A stretch of DNA of 64,000 nucleotides. Source: an uncultured delta proteobacterium. Its GTDB lineage: Bacteria; Desulfobacterota; Binatia; HRBIN30. A program made the translations under genes and the position numbers. Positions 28,289 through 38,635 of the stretch are shown here, piece after piece; position 1 is the stretch's first letter; each line of letters begins with the position of its first letter. Below the pieces are notes generated by a model, which was given only the letters and a program-made list of their open reading frames with translations, had not been told where the DNA came from and searched no databases. The stretch spans positions 386,801 to 450,800 of the forward strand of contig CAVSQF010000039.1 in NCBI GenBank assembly GCA_963729835.1, in the 5' to 3' direction.

Positions 28289-30187
28289 TCAGACGTCGAC
28301 TTCCTCGACCTTCGGGGCACGCTCCATGATGAAGCGGAAGCGCGGCTCGACCTCCTTCCCCATCAAGGTCTGAATCGTTGCGTCGGTCTTCGAGGCATTG
28401 AGGATGTACACGCGCAGCAGGTGCCGGTGCACCGGATCGAGCGTCGTCTCCTTGAGTGTCGACGGGTTCATCTCGCCGAGGCCCTTGAAGCGCTGCACGG
28501 TTGCCGGTTTGCCGTTTGCCTTGCCGAGAATGCGATCCCGCTCCGCATCGCTGAGCGCCCAATGCACCTCTTTGCCGAGCTCGATTTTGTATAGCGGCGG
28601 CTGGGCGATGAACACGTGGCCCAAACGGATCAGCTCCGGCAGCTGCCGATAGAAGAAGGTCAGCAGCAGCGTGCAAATGTGGTGTCCATCGGAGTCTGCG
28701 TCCATCAGGAGACAGATCTTGTTGTAACGCAACTTCGCCGCGTCGAAATCTTTTCCGGTGCCACAACCGAGCGCCGAGATGACGTCGCCGAGCTCTTTGT
28801 TGGACAGCACCTTGCTCGCCGATGCCTGCTCCGCGTTCAAGACTTTGCCGCGCAACGGCAGGATGGCCTGGAACTCCCGATCGCGTCCCTGCTTCGCCGA
28901 GCCGCCGGCGGAGTCGCCTTCGACGATGAACAGCTCACTTTCATTGGGGTCGGTGGAGCTGCAGTCGGCGAGCTTGCCCGGCAGATTCAGGCGATGCGAC
29001 ACCGCGGTCTTGCGCTGCACGCTTTCGGCCGCCGCCCGTGATGCCGTGCGCGCGCGCGCCGCGAGGATCACACGATTGGCGATCGCGTCCGCCTGGGAGC
29101 GGTTGGTGAGCAGGTGATTCTCCAGCCCGGTGCGAATCACGTTGTCGATCGGCGCGCTCACCTCGGCATTGTTGAGGCGATCTTTCGTCTGGCCCTGGAA
29201 CTGCGGCTGTTGCAGGTAGACGCTCAAGACCGCGACCACGCCTTCGCGGATGTCTTCAGCCGCGATGGTCAAGCCCTTCGGGACCAAATTGTGCACGGCG
29301 AGATAGTTGCGCACCGCCTTCACCACGCCGCTCTTGAGGCCATTCTCATGCGTACCGCCCGACGGCGTCGGGATGCCATTGACGAAGGACAGGATGCGTT
29401 CGTCCGTTGCTTCGGTCCACACCAGGGCACATTCAAGGATGAGCCCATTGCTGCGTTCGGTGTAGAAAGGCTCCGCGATCTGTGTCTTGCCGCTCTCGCC
29501 GACCAGTTGCTCGATGTATTCGGCAATGCCGCGGTCGTGCTGGAAGGTTTCGGTCTGCTTCGCGCCTTCGTTCTCGAAGACCAACATCAACCCGCGATGC
29601 AGGTACGAGCGCGCTTCCAGGCGTTCACGGATCATCGCCGGCTTGAAAGCGGTGTGCGGAAAGATCTGCGCATCCGGCGTAAACGTGATGCTGGTCCCGG
29701 TGCCGCGCGCCGGGCCGATCTTCTTGAGCTTGCCGGCTGCCTTGCCGCGTGCAAACGCTTGCTCCCATTGAAAGCCGTCACGTTTCACGGTGGCAACCAG
29801 GGATGAGGCGAGCGCGGTGACCACCGAGGCCCCCACGCCATGCAAGCCGCCCGAGTGGTAGTAGTTCTGGTTTTCGAATTTCCCGCCGGCGTGCAGGGTC
29901 GTGAGAATCAGTTCGAGCGCGGGGCGCTTGTACTTGGGATGCACGTCGACGGGAATGCCGCGGCCGTTGTCCGAAACCGTCACCGTTTCCCCGTTCTTGT
30001 GCAGCTTCACCGTCACCCGGTCACAGTGCCCGTTCATCGCTTCGTCGACGGCGTTATCGAGCAACTCCCAGAGCAGGTGGTGCAGCCCGACGGTATCCAC
30101 GCCGCCGATGTACATGCCGGGGCGCTTGCGCACCGGTTCGAGGCCTTCGAGGACGGTAATGTCTTTCGCGGTATACTTCTGCTTCAT
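28289..30187 (-). CDS. gyrB: Type IIA DNA topoisomerase ATPase subunit B (GyrB/ParE family, 632 aa)
   Basis: GHKL ATPase ([14 protein letters not shown]...[10 protein letters not shown]) and Toprim ([33 protein letters not shown]) motifs are present, and the C-terminus is [10 protein letters not shown]. Not flanked by dnaA/dnaN/recF, so a ParE assignment cannot be excluded. Confidence 0.9.
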   Translation of the reverse strand: MKQKYTAKDITVLEGLEPVRKRPGMYIGGVDTVGLHHLLWELLDNAVDEAMNGHCDRVTVKLHKNGETVTVSDNGRGIPVDVHPKYKRPALELILTTLHAGGKFENQNYYHSGGLHGVGASVVTALASSLVATVKRDGFQWEQAFARGKAAGKLKKIGPARGTGTSITFTPDAQIFPHTAFKPAMIRERLEARSYLHRGLMLVFENEGAKQTETFQHDRGIAEYIEQLVGESGKTQIAEPFYTERSNGLILECALVWTEATDERILSFVNGIPTPSGGTHENGLKSGVVKAVRNYLAVHNLVPKGLTIAAEDIREGVVAVLSVYLQQPQFQGQTKDRLNNAEVSAPIDNVIRTGLENHLLTNRSQADAIANRVILAARARTASRAAAESVQRKTAVSHRLNLPGKLADCSSTDPNESELFIVEGDSAGGSAKQGRDREFQAILPLRGKVLNAEQASASKVLSNKELGDVISALGCGTGKDFDAAKLRYNKICLLMDADSDGHHICTLLLTFFYRQLPELIRLGHVFIAQPPLYKIELGKEVHWALSDAERDRILGKANGKPATVQRFKGLGEMNPSTLKETTLDPVHRHLLRVYILNASKTDATIQTLMGKEVEPRFRFIMERAPKVEEVDV

Positions 30188-30659
30188 GAATCACAAATTG
30201 TGCACGGGAACGTGCTCAGTGTGTAGATTGCCCAGCCGCCACTCCTCCACGACACGATACGATTATAGATCACGGCGAATCAGCAGTCGACCGTTTCACC
30301 GAGTCTTCGCATTTGGCATGGTAGGAGGACCTCTCCCTGTATCCGCGCCCAGCCGCTGTCTCGCAAGTCGGGGACATGATCGTCCGCGTGTATCGAGAAC
30401 AGTTGTGGACGGGTGTCTGACTATTTCCCTGGCGCGAGCAGTCACGGCGTGTCATCTTGCGGCGGGGAAGTACGCCGGTGAGCTACGACGTCGAAACACC
30501 GGTGGTTGTTCGGGGCGGGGTCCGGAGACCCGCGCACAGCGTGACCGGGCGGCTGTCGCGCCTCCACAGTGTGCGCATCATCAGATCTGTTTATGACCTA
30601 GATCATCCACCATTTCCCTACCGAACGATAGGTAGGGAGCCACAATAGGGTCGTGGGCC

Positions 30660-31208
30660 ATGGAAAGCGCACATATTTTCCAGCGGTTGGGCGAATTCAC
30701 GCGCAGGGAGCTGCTCTCGCGCGGCCTCACGGCCGCCGGATGGGGAAGCTTCGCCATCGTTTTGGGCGGCGGCCTCATCGAAACCGTCAGCTTCTTTTTT
30801 CCCCGTGTCATTTTCCGGCCCCCGAGCACCTTTCGCATCGGTACCCCGGAGGCGTTTCTCGGGAACCCGGACGGTGCCGACACGTATGGCGTCGCACTGA
30901 TCGATGAGCACTGGAAGCCGACGCAACGGTTTTTCGTCGTGCGGGAACGGGACCGCGTCTATGCCTTGTCAGCGCGTTGCACCCACCTCGGTTGTACGAT
31001 CAATTGGTTTGGGGACCTGCGAGTCTTCAAATGTCCCTGCCATGGCAGTGAGTATCACAGCAATGGCGTCAACTTCGCCGGTCCCGCTCCCCGCGCGCTC
31101 GACCGATTTCGGATTGGGTTGAGTGTCGACGGCCAACTGGTCGTCGACACCAGCATCGTCTACGGTCCCGAACGGTTCGGTGCGGACGGTGCGTTCGTCA
31201 AGGTGTAG
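30660..31208 (+). CDS. Rieske [2Fe-2S] subunit of a cytochrome bc-type complex, Tat-exported
   Basis: Twin-arginine motif RRELLSRGL. Rieske boxes CTHLGC and CPCHGS. Confidence 0.9.
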   Translation: MESAHIFQRLGEFTRRELLSRGLTAAGWGSFAIVLGGGLIETVSFFFPRVIFRPPSTFRIGTPEAFLGNPDGADTYGVALIDEHWKPTQRFFVVRERDRVYALSARCTHLGCTINWFGDLRVFKCPCHGSEYHSNGVNFAGPAPRALDRFRIGLSVDGQLVVDTSIVYGPERFGADGAFVKV

Positions 31209-31229
31209 CCACGGGACAGCGGGTGGCGG

Positions 31230-31733
31230 ATGCTTAGTACTGCAGTGCTCAAGTTCTTCGATGCGGTGAATTCCTTCGCCGGTTTCCTGCCTCGCCTAGA
31301 TGCCGCACCGTCTCTCATCGCGGAGCCTGGTCTGAACGGGGCCAGGGCACTGGAAGCCAGAGAGGGGACCGCGCGTGCCACGCCCGGCGTGACACGGAAG
31401 GGTGCGGCCAAGAAGAGCGCCGACGGTAGATTCATCGGCCGGCGCGCCAAGAAGCCCAAGCTGCTGGCGGTCATCACCGACGCTTGCACGGGCTGCGCCG
31501 GCGCCCCGGTGTGTCAGATTTACTGCCCGGTCGACGACTGCATGCTCCGCGTCGCGGCGGAGGACGCTTTTCCGTACAGCCGCATCTGGGTCGATCCTTT
31601 GAAGTGCGTCGGGTGCAAAAAATGTATCACGCGTGGGCCCGAGCAGTCGTTCCTCGAAGGCTGCCCGTGGGATGCTATCCGAATGGTTGCGACGGCAGAC
31701 TGGGAGGCTGAGCATGGCCGGCTCCCGTATTGA
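31230..31733 (+). CDS. 4Fe-4S dicluster ferredoxin-domain protein (bc-complex associated)
   Basis: [15 protein letters not shown] and CVGCKKC...GCP motifs. Confidence 0.7.
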   Translation: MLSTAVLKFFDAVNSFAGFLPRLDAAPSLIAEPGLNGARALEAREGTARATPGVTRKGAAKKSADGRFIGRRAKKPKLLAVITDACTGCAGAPVCQIYCPVDDCMLRVAAEDAFPYSRIWVDPLKCVGCKKCITRGPEQSFLEGCPWDAIRMVATADWEAEHGRLPY

Positions 31734-32502
31734 AACCGCCATCCGGCGACTGGCGACCGCGGTCACCTCTTCGCAGGTGTACCGCTCCATTTTCCGTCAC
31801 GACTACGTCGATTCGCTGCGCAACCGCGCACTGGAGATCACCAGCAACGTCTTCCTGCACCTACATCCCATCAGCATTCCCCGCCATACCTTGAAGGTGG
31901 CGTACACGTTCTGCCTCGGCGGCCTGACGCTGTTTCTGTTCCTGGTGGAGACCATCACGGGCGTGCTGTTGATGTTTTACTACCGGCCGGTGCCCAACTA
32001 CGCCTACATCGACATGAAGACGCTCGATTACGCGGTGCAGTTCGGCATGACGTTGCGGAACCTGCACCGCTGGGGCGCGCACCTCATGGTGATCACGGTG
32101 ATGCTGCACATGCTGCGGGTTTTCCTCACCGGCTCGTACCGACCGCCACGTGAGTTCAACTGGGTAGTAGGTGTAAACCTCCTCGTCCTCACGTTGTTGC
32201 TGAGCTTCACGGGTTACCTGTTGCCGTGGGACCAGCTGGCGTTCTGGGCGGTTACGGTCGGAACCAACATGGCGGCGGCGACGCCGTTTCTGGGTGCCGA
32301 GGGACCGTTCCACAGCCTGCTGGGGATCACGCCCATGAACGATGCGCGCTTCCTGCTGCTCGGCGACATGAAGGTGGGGTCGAACGCGCTCCTCCGGTTC
32401 TATGTCCTGCACTGCGTCGGGTTCCCGCTGATCGCCGGGGTGCTGATGATGGTGCACTTCTGGCGCGTGCGCAAAGACGGTGGCATCTCGCGGCCGCTGT
32501 GA
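31714..32502 (+). CDS. Cytochrome b, N-terminal (b6-like) half of a split cytochrome b
   Basis: Four TM helices with His pairs ([21 protein letters not shown]). RBS gggagg precedes ATG 31714. Confidence 0.85.
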   Translation: MAGSRIETAIRRLATAVTSSQVYRSIFRHDYVDSLRNRALEITSNVFLHLHPISIPRHTLKVAYTFCLGGLTLFLFLVETITGVLLMFYYRPVPNYAYIDMKTLDYAVQFGMTLRNLHRWGAHLMVITVMLHMLRVFLTGSYRPPREFNWVVGVNLLVLTLLLSFTGYLLPWDQLAFWAVTVGTNMAAATPFLGAEGPFHSLLGITPMNDARFLLLGDMKVGSNALLRFYVLHCVGFPLIAGVLMMVHFWRVRKDGGISRPL

Positions 32503-32521
32503 GGGCAATCGGGGCGCGACG

Positions 32522-33286
32522 GTGAACCGAATCGATCAAACGACAGACGCAGCGGGAGCCGGCGCGCCGGCCAAAGTCGCTGCCGAGCCGGCACTGGGCT
32601 TTCGGGAAAACGACGCCGCGGTGTTTCCCTACCTGGTCTTCAAAGAGTTTCTCGCAGCGCTGCTGATCTCCATCGTGTTGTTGGTGTGGTCGTTGGCCAT
32701 CGATGCACCGCTGCTGCCCGAGGCGAATCCCGGACGGACGGAGAACCCCGCGAAGGCGCCCTGGTACTTCGTCGGCCTGCAGGAACTGCTCGTCTATTTT
32801 GATCCGTGGATCGCCGGCGTGGCCATGCCGACTTTGATCATCGTCGGCTTGATGGTCATTCCCTATCTCGACACCAGCCGGAATGCGACCGGGCGGTACA
32901 CGTTCAATGTCCGTCGGCTGGCCATCGGGCATTTTCTGTTCGGCTTTGCGCTCTGGTGGATACTGATCGCGATCGGGCAACTCCTGCGCGGACCGAACTG
33001 GCAGTGGTACTGGCCGTGGCAAGACTGGGCCGTAGCGAAAAGCGTCGAAGAGAGCCTGTGGAGCTTCCCGTGGTGGCTCGGCGTGCCGTTATTTGTGGGC
33101 TACTTCGTCGTGGGGGTGGTGCTCCCGCGGCGCTTGTGGCCATGGCTGCACAAGGGGCTCGGCGAAGGGCGCTACCTGGCGGTCATGATCTTCACGCTGC
33201 TGATGTACGGCGTGCCCATCAAGATCCTCCTGCGCCTGCTGCTGCGTGTGAAGTACGTCCTGGTGACGCCATGGTTCAACGTGTGA
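32522..33286 (+). CDS. Cytochrome b C-terminal half / subunit IV-like (PEWY-type Qo motif as APWYF)
   Basis: TM-rich, with NPAKAPWYFVGLQELLVYFDPW. The exact start is uncertain (GTG 32522). Confidence 0.75.
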   Translation: MNRIDQTTDAAGAGAPAKVAAEPALGFRENDAAVFPYLVFKEFLAALLISIVLLVWSLAIDAPLLPEANPGRTENPAKAPWYFVGLQELLVYFDPWIAGVAMPTLIIVGLMVIPYLDTSRNATGRYTFNVRRLAIGHFLFGFALWWILIAIGQLLRGPNWQWYWPWQDWAVAKSVEESLWSFPWWLGVPLFVGYFVVGVVLPRRLWPWLHKGLGEGRYLAVMIFTLLMYGVPIKILLRLLLRVKYVLVTPWFNV

Positions 33287-33293
33287 GTGTCGT

Positions 33294-33390
33294 CGTGAAT
33301 AGTGAATCGTGAATGGTGAATTGCACATGGCCAATGACGATTCACCATTCCCCAATGACGATTCACGATTCACCAATCACAATTCACCAT
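33294..33390. terminator. Tandem-heptamer hairpin (GTGAATNG)x4 paired with (CNATTCAC)x4 downstream of the cytochrome b genes
   Basis: gtgaatagtgaatcgtgaatggtgaattg ... caatgacgattcaccattccccaatgacgattcacgattcaccaatcacaattcaccat. Confidence 0.6.
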
Positions 33391-33416
33391 GGAGGCTGCG
33401 TGAGGGGGAGTGACCG

Positions 33417-35624
33417 ATGATGCGCGGCACGCCGGGGATGCGCCTGGCCTTGGCGATCCTCGGGCCGATCTTTCTCGTGCTCTGTGCCATCGCCATTCGC
33501 AGCGAGGACACGAAGCCGTGGACGCGCTACCAGGAGGAATTCAATCAGCTCTATCTCGCGCGCGCCGCGGTCAAGCTCCACGAGGCGGAATCGCGCAACA
33601 ACGCAGCGGAGAAAGGCCGCTGGCAACGGATCATGGAGGAGGTCTCGCATGCGAAGCCGGAGATCGCGCAGATCTACATCGAAGAGCTCAAGGTCGCGGA
33701 TCGATGCACGACCTGCCATCGCGGCGTGGACAACGCGCTCTTTCAGGACGCGGCCGAGCCGTTCCGCATGCATACGGGCGACGCACTGAAGTACCACGAC
33801 ATGAACAACTTCGGCTGCACCCCGTGCCACGACGGCCAGGGCGTGGCCACTAGGGCCGACGAAGCGCACGGCAAGGAGGCCAACTGGCTGACCCCGATGT
33901 TGCCGATGGCCTACGTCCAAACGAGCTGCGCCCGCTGCCACGAGGTCACCCACGGCGTGAAGGAGGCCGAGGTCGCCAGCCACGGCAGCGACCTCTTCAT
34001 GGAAAAGGGCTGCTACGGCTGCCACGACGTGAAGAACGTCAGCTATCTGCCGAAATTTTCTCCGCCGCTCACCCCGATCAAATCGAAGCTGGTGGACGCA
34101 AAAGACTGGATGTACGCGTGGATCAAGGATCCGACGAAAGTGAGCCCCGACACCGCCATGCCGGTCTTCAAGTTGTCTGATGAAGAGCTCGGCAAAATCA
34201 CCGCGTTTCTGCTCACCCTCTCGGGCGGCAAACGCTACGAGAAGGTCTCGTTGGACGGCACGTCGACCGATGCGGGCGAGAAGCTGTTCACGGAACGCGG
34301 CTGCCACGGCTGCCATGCAGTGAAGGCCGACGAGCACAGTGTCTCGCCCCGCGTGCCGCATCTGGCCGGGATCGGGTCCAAGGTGACGCCGGAATGGCTC
34401 GATCGCTGGATCGCCGATCCGAAGGCGTACAACACCGACAGCGCGATGCCGAAGGTGGACCTGAAGGACGAGGAGCGCCACGACCTCGTCGCCTACCTGC
34501 TCACCCTCAAGCGTACCGATCCGCTGCCGCAGGCCCCGGATCTCGCTTCGTTCAATCCCGTCGACGGCAAGCAGCTCGTGAAGCAGTATGAATGCTACGG
34601 CTGCCACAGCATCGAAGGCTTCGAGCAAGTGCGGCCGTCGGTCCCTGATCTCGGCGAGTTCGCGCGCCGCCCCGTGGATGAGCTGGATTTCGGTCTGACC
34701 AAAGACGTGCCGCGCACCAAGTGGGACTGGCTGCGGCGCAAGCTGCACGAGCCGCGCGCCTACGAGACCGACAAGATCAAGCTGAAGATGCCCTACACCA
34801 AGGTGACTGATGAAGATATTACAGCACTTATTGTGTATGTCATGGCGTCTGATTCGCGCACCCTGCCGGCCCGCTTCGAAGTACGCGCCGACGACGCCAA
34901 GCACGCGCTGCGCGACGTCAGCTGGATGGTGGCGCATCTGCACTGCAACGGCTGCCACCGCCTCAACCAGCAGGACGCGCAACTGGCGCGCTTCTTCGAG
35001 CGCAAGAACATGCTCCCGCCGACCTTGGACGGCGTCGGGGCGCGCCTGCAGGGCCAGTACATGTACCAGTTCATCATGGAGCCGAAGCCCATCCGGCCGT
35101 GGCTGAAGCTGCGCATGCCGACCTTCGGCTTCACCGAAGCCCCTGCCCGCACGGTCGTCGAGGGGTTTGCCGCCGTCGCGACGGTCACGAATCCGTACAC
35201 TTACGTCGCCAGGGACAACATCCCACCGGATCACTTCCAGCGCGGCATCAAGCGCTTCCATCACTACAAGTGTGTGCAATGTCACCCCACGTCGATCGAT
35301 CAAGGGCTGCCGCCGGACGTCGATCCGGAAGACCTGTCAATCAACTTGATGCTGACGAAGACGCGGCTGCGGCCCGAATGGATCCGCGACTTCATGGCGC
35401 GCCCGAAGCAGATCGCCGGCTCGCAAACCCGCATGCCGACGGTCTTCTACACGGTCGAAGGCGACCCGAAGGTGGAAAAGCCGGTGGAGGACATCAACGA
35501 CATCACTACTTACATGATGGGCATGACCGAGCCGCCGGAAGTCACGCTGAAGGCGCAAGAGGAAGAGCGTGCCGCCGAGAAGGAAAAGGAACGAGCTGTA
35601 GACTGGAGCAACGTCCAGTACTGA
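33417..35624 (+). CDS. Membrane-anchored octahaem c-type cytochrome (8 CxxCH) of the Rieske/cyt b complex
   Basis: N-terminal TM anchor. CxxCH at CTTCH, CTPCH, CARCH, CYGCH, CHGCH, CYGCH, CNGCH and CVQCH. Confidence 0.85.
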   Translation: MMRGTPGMRLALAILGPIFLVLCAIAIRSEDTKPWTRYQEEFNQLYLARAAVKLHEAESRNNAAEKGRWQRIMEEVSHAKPEIAQIYIEELKVADRCTTCHRGVDNALFQDAAEPFRMHTGDALKYHDMNNFGCTPCHDGQGVATRADEAHGKEANWLTPMLPMAYVQTSCARCHEVTHGVKEAEVASHGSDLFMEKGCYGCHDVKNVSYLPKFSPPLTPIKSKLVDAKDWMYAWIKDPTKVSPDTAMPVFKLSDEELGKITAFLLTLSGGKRYEKVSLDGTSTDAGEKLFTERGCHGCHAVKADEHSVSPRVPHLAGIGSKVTPEWLDRWIADPKAYNTDSAMPKVDLKDEERHDLVAYLLTLKRTDPLPQAPDLASFNPVDGKQLVKQYECYGCHSIEGFEQVRPSVPDLGEFARRPVDELDFGLTKDVPRTKWDWLRRKLHEPRAYETDKIKLKMPYTKVTDEDITALIVYVMASDSRTLPARFEVRADDAKHALRDVSWMVAHLHCNGCHRLNQQDAQLARFFERKNMLPPTLDGVGARLQGQYMYQFIMEPKPIRPWLKLRMPTFGFTEAPARTVVEGFAAVATVTNPYTYVARDNIPPDHFQRGIKRFHHYKCVQCHPTSIDQGLPPDVDPEDLSINLMLTKTRLRPEWIRDFMARPKQIAGSQTRMPTVFYTVEGDPKVEKPVEDINDITTYMMGMTEPPEVTLKAQEEERAAEKEKERAVDWSNVQY

Positions 35625-35649
35625 GCTGGCGGTCCCGCCGCCTTCGGGC

Positions 35650-35678
35650 TTGTAACGATTACGGGCATATGCCCATAA
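35650..35678 (+). promoter_or_regulatory. Sigma70-like promoter (TTGTAA-17-CATAAC) overlapped by the 20-bp palindrome TTACGGGCATATGCCCATAA (35659-35678), upstream of the DUF1847 gene
   Basis: Same palindrome family and geometry as the site at 39177-39196. Confidence 0.5.
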
Positions 35679-35704
35679 CGATCGTGATCGTTTGGGGAGA
35701 AAGG

Positions 35705-36385
35705 ATGACCATTCCCATGAAAGATCCGGCTGAACTCAGCTGCCCACTCTGTGGCGTCAGTGCTTGCAAATCTGAACTCAATACAAAGAAGTACCCTTCG
35801 TTCTGCCCGATGTCGGTGGAAAGCGAGCAGTTGGCAGCCATTGAGCGGACTTACCTGGAGGACGAGAAGCTGCGAGAGTGGGCGTGCGAATCCGCCCGTA
35901 CAGAGTCTGCGGGCTATTGCCGAAGCACACGCATCCAGGAGATCATGGACTTCGCCCGCCGCATTGGAGCGACCAGACTGGGAATCGCTCATTGCATCGG
36001 CCTCATACAGGAAGCCAAAATCGCGCGCGCGATCTTCCTCCGCAACGGCTTCGAAGTGGAGGCAATCTGCTGCAAAGTGGGCTCAATCGACAAGGAGAAG
36101 GTCGGAGTAAAAGACGAAGAGAAGATATATCCGGGCCACTTCGAGGCCTTATGCAATCCGGTCGGCCAGGCTGAGCTGTTGGCCCGAGCCGGCACGCAAC
36201 TGAATGTCCTCATCGGGCTGTGCGTGGGCCACGATAGTCTCTTTTTCAAGTATTCACGCGCACCCGTAACCGTGCTGGTGGTCAAAGACCGCGTCCTGGG
36301 GCACAATCCCGTAGCGGCGCTGTATACCAGCCACTCCTACTATCAACGGTTGAAGGAGCAGCAAACCAAGGGAATCGACGCCTAA
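35705..36385 (+). CDS. DUF1847-family Cys-rich putative metal-binding protein
   Basis: CPLCGVSACK ... FCPM ... CIGL ... CCKVG ... LIGLCVGHDSLFFKYS. RBS ggggagaaagg is present. Confidence 0.55.
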   Translation: MTIPMKDPAELSCPLCGVSACKSELNTKKYPSFCPMSVESEQLAAIERTYLEDEKLREWACESARTESAGYCRSTRIQEIMDFARRIGATRLGIAHCIGLIQEAKIARAIFLRNGFEVEAICCKVGSIDKEKVGVKDEEKIYPGHFEALCNPVGQAELLARAGTQLNVLIGLCVGHDSLFFKYSRAPVTVLVVKDRVLGHNPVAALYTSHSYYQRLKEQQTKGIDA

Positions 36386-36470
36386 TTCACTTCTTTGTAA
36401 TCTACTTAGACTTGCATATTAGAAGTAACGCGCTGGCCTTTGACAATCACACCCTCAGGGACGGAACCGT

Positions 36471-36704
36471 CTATTCTCCGCAAGGTGGCTTGTCGCAGCG
36501 TGTCTCTCGGCCGCAACAGGGTGTCAACCTTTTGCACTGGCTGACAGAAGTGGCGTGACCCTTTATGATGAAGCCGCTGCCGCCGGCAATGAGGCGGTGG
36601 ACCGCAGCGCCGCATTGCGGGCACTGCTCCAGAGGCGGCGCGGCGATGGACTGCTGTTGCTCGAACTCGCCGCAACCCGGGCACTCATAGACATATGTTG
36701 GCAT
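36471..36704 (-). CDS. FmdB-family zinc-ribbon protein
   Basis: MPTYVYECPGCGEFE...CPQCG, the hallmark N-terminus of the family. Confidence 0.75.
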   Translation of the reverse strand: MPTYVYECPGCGEFEQQQSIAAPPLEQCPQCGAAVHRLIAGGSGFIIKGHATSVSQCKRLTPCCGRETRCDKPPCGE

Positions 36705-36713
36705 CTTGTCTTC

Positions 36714-37520
36714 CTACTTTCTGGTTGGTCGCAAGGAACTGAACGCTCTCAGGGAAACCTTGCGGACATGTGGGCTGAACAACCGCATGCCACCTCCCTC
36801 GGAGATGACCCGTAAGACCTCCTGCGGCTCTTTCACTACCACGCCGCTGAGCATGGTCACCTGCTCTGCGGCGAACGCCCCTGGCAGCAGAGGTGTCGAG
36901 GCGCCGAGCACTGCCACCTCCCGGCACCCGCTGGCCGCCTGCAGCAATCTGTCAATCGTGTGATTGATGATGGAGGTCGCGGTGATGAGTGCCACCTGAC
37001 AGCGAGGAAGTGCCTCCTCGGCTTCCTCTTGAGGACGCACAATGCCGGAGGGGTGGGCCGCACGTTCGAACACGGTCAAAGAGCGGACTCGTTTCTGGAT
37101 CTTGTCTACCAGCGGGCCGAAGTCCCCCACCATGCCCACGTGGTCCTCGGACCTGAGGTCGAGGTGATCCAAGATATCTCCGTCCATGAACCTGTCCTCA
37201 TCTCGATTCACCAGTGCGTTCACACAAGCCAGCCCCACGCCGGCCGCGATGGGGTCCGGTGACTCCAGCAGACGCATGACATCGGACGCTGGTCTTCCAG
37301 CGAGAGGCGGAAGTGCATCGAACACCGTGCAGCAGCCTTTCGCCTCCTCACGGAACGTATACGCAACCCCAAGTCGGTCGTCTGCGAGCATGACCGCGGT
37401 GTACCCAAGGCCGATGCGGACATCAGCGACTCGTGCCTCCCGCGCCGAGGCGAGCAGGTGCGTCATGATTCGCGCGGCGATGCCCGCGCGCGCGTTCCCT
37501 TCAACCGGTCGCATGTTCAT
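36714..37520 (-). CDS. DUF4213/DUF364 (putative heavy-metal-chelation Rossmann-like) domain protein
   Basis: RIGLGYTAVMLADDRLGVAYTF ... VGMVGDFGPLVDKI ... VALITATSIINHT pattern. A start at MNMRPV gives ATGA coupling with the upstream gene. Confidence 0.6.
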   Translation of the reverse strand: MNMRPVEGNARAGIAARIMTHLLASAREARVADVRIGLGYTAVMLADDRLGVAYTFREEAKGCCTVFDALPPLAGRPASDVMRLLESPDPIAAGVGLACVNALVNRDEDRFMDGDILDHLDLRSEDHVGMVGDFGPLVDKIQKRVRSLTVFERAAHPSGIVRPQEEAEEALPRCQVALITATSIINHTIDRLLQAASGCREVAVLGASTPLLPGAFAAEQVTMLSGVVVKEPQEVLRVISEGGGMRLFSPHVRKVSLRAFSSLRPTRK

Positions 37521-37822
37521 TCCGTAGTAACGATCTCCCACCGAACCGCACCATCCGGCGTGCTATACAACCGAACGCGGCAGGGTATCTCCCCGGCGAG
37601 CTCCGGGTGTTCTGCTCGGAGACGGCGAAAGTCTGCCGTTTGCAGAAACAGATCGAGAAGCTCGACGACCGGCTCGATGGCAACCCCATTTGCATCGCCC
37701 GCGAGGAGGGCAACGACGATCTCCTGGCGCGCGCGCCGGGCGCAGGTTTGAATGCAGCCTTCACCGAGGCGAAGCACCACGTCGCCGTTGGCAAGCACAT
37801 CGAAGGTGAATCTTGTGGTCAT
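37517..37822 (-). CDS. Hypothetical 101-aa protein
   Basis: ORF in an operonic position between the TrmO-like and DUF364 genes. No known domain. Confidence 0.4.
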   Translation of the reverse strand: MTTRFTFDVLANGDVVLRLGEGCIQTCARRARQEIVVALLAGDANGVAIEPVVELLDLFLQTADFRRLRAEHPELAGEIPCRVRLYSTPDGAVRWEIVTTE

Positions 37823-37906
37823 CGTGGGACTCCGGCCCCAGTGATCAAAGTCGCTCCTGGAAGCACGATACGGCCACAGAGCAAGAGGGACGTATCAACA
37901 CGAGCC

Positions 37907-38545
37907 TCACGGATTCCCTCCAGGCTTGCAATTGCGAGCCCCATGGAATCGGTCGTCCGCGACTTTTCGGTCTTCACCGCAGGTCTCGAACCAACCCGCC
38001 TTCGATGAGGGGTGCGCGTCGAATTCCGGCACGTATGGCTTGAGGTCGAGAAGTGGTGTGCCGTCGAGCACGTCGATGTCGGCCACGTGGAGAATGCAGC
38101 CCTCCCGACGGAGCAGACGAGCGGCGGACATGCCGACCGGATTCGGCCGGCACGGAGAGCGCGTCGCGAACAGACCGCGCTCGCGGGTGTCGCGGTACGG
38201 CACCACCCGCGCTTTAAAAGGTCCCGCCCTGTCCATCCAATAGATGAGCCACACCCGGTCAAATCCGTCGAGGTCGTCCAGCGCGGGCGCGAAGCACTCG
38301 TCTACGATGACCTGCGCCTCAGCGCCCCGTGCGTACACGGGTTGAATGGGAGTGCCAACGGCTTCGGTGAAACCGGTTCGGATAACTCCCACCGGGCGAA
38401 GCCGTATCCAATCACCAACAGATGGCTGTGCAGTTTCCGTGGCCACCGCTGCTCCTCTCTGACGCGCGTCGATTATCTCTTGCTGCCGGGTACTCGGGCG
38501 CAGCCGTGCGATTATCTCAAAAGGACCTTCGTTCCCTTCTACCAA
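37907..38545 (-). CDS. TsaA/TrmO (YaeB/UPF0066) family SAM-dependent methyltransferase-like protein
   Basis: RPNPVGMSAARLLRREGCILHVADIDVLDGTPLLDLKPYVPEFD. Confidence 0.7.
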   Translation of the reverse strand: MVEGNEGPFEIIARLRPSTRQQEIIDARQRGAAVATETAQPSVGDWIRLRPVGVIRTGFTEAVGTPIQPVYARGAEAQVIVDECFAPALDDLDGFDRVWLIYWMDRAGPFKARVVPYRDTRERGLFATRSPCRPNPVGMSAARLLRREGCILHVADIDVLDGTPLLDLKPYVPEFDAHPSSKAGWFETCGEDRKVADDRFHGARNCKPGGNP

Positions 38546-38635
38546 TTCCGGGCGCCGCGTACCAATGGGCTTCGGCAGAGCCTCGCTCCGTGCGCCTGCT
38601 CTTCTTGTCTTGTCAAGACTTCCCTTCCGCTTGCA

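Noticed and set aside
28289-30187. Possibility that this is the replication-origin gyrB (dnaA-dnaN-recF-gyrB)
   Set aside because: No dnaA, dnaN or recF is adjacent and there is no DnaA-box cluster in the 470-bp upstream region. It is kept as a GyrB/ParE-family subunit without an origin call.
33384-35303. 639-aa minus-strand ORF
   Set aside because: It lies antisense to the octahaem cytochrome c gene, which has 8 CxxCH motifs and clear translation signals. No domain features.
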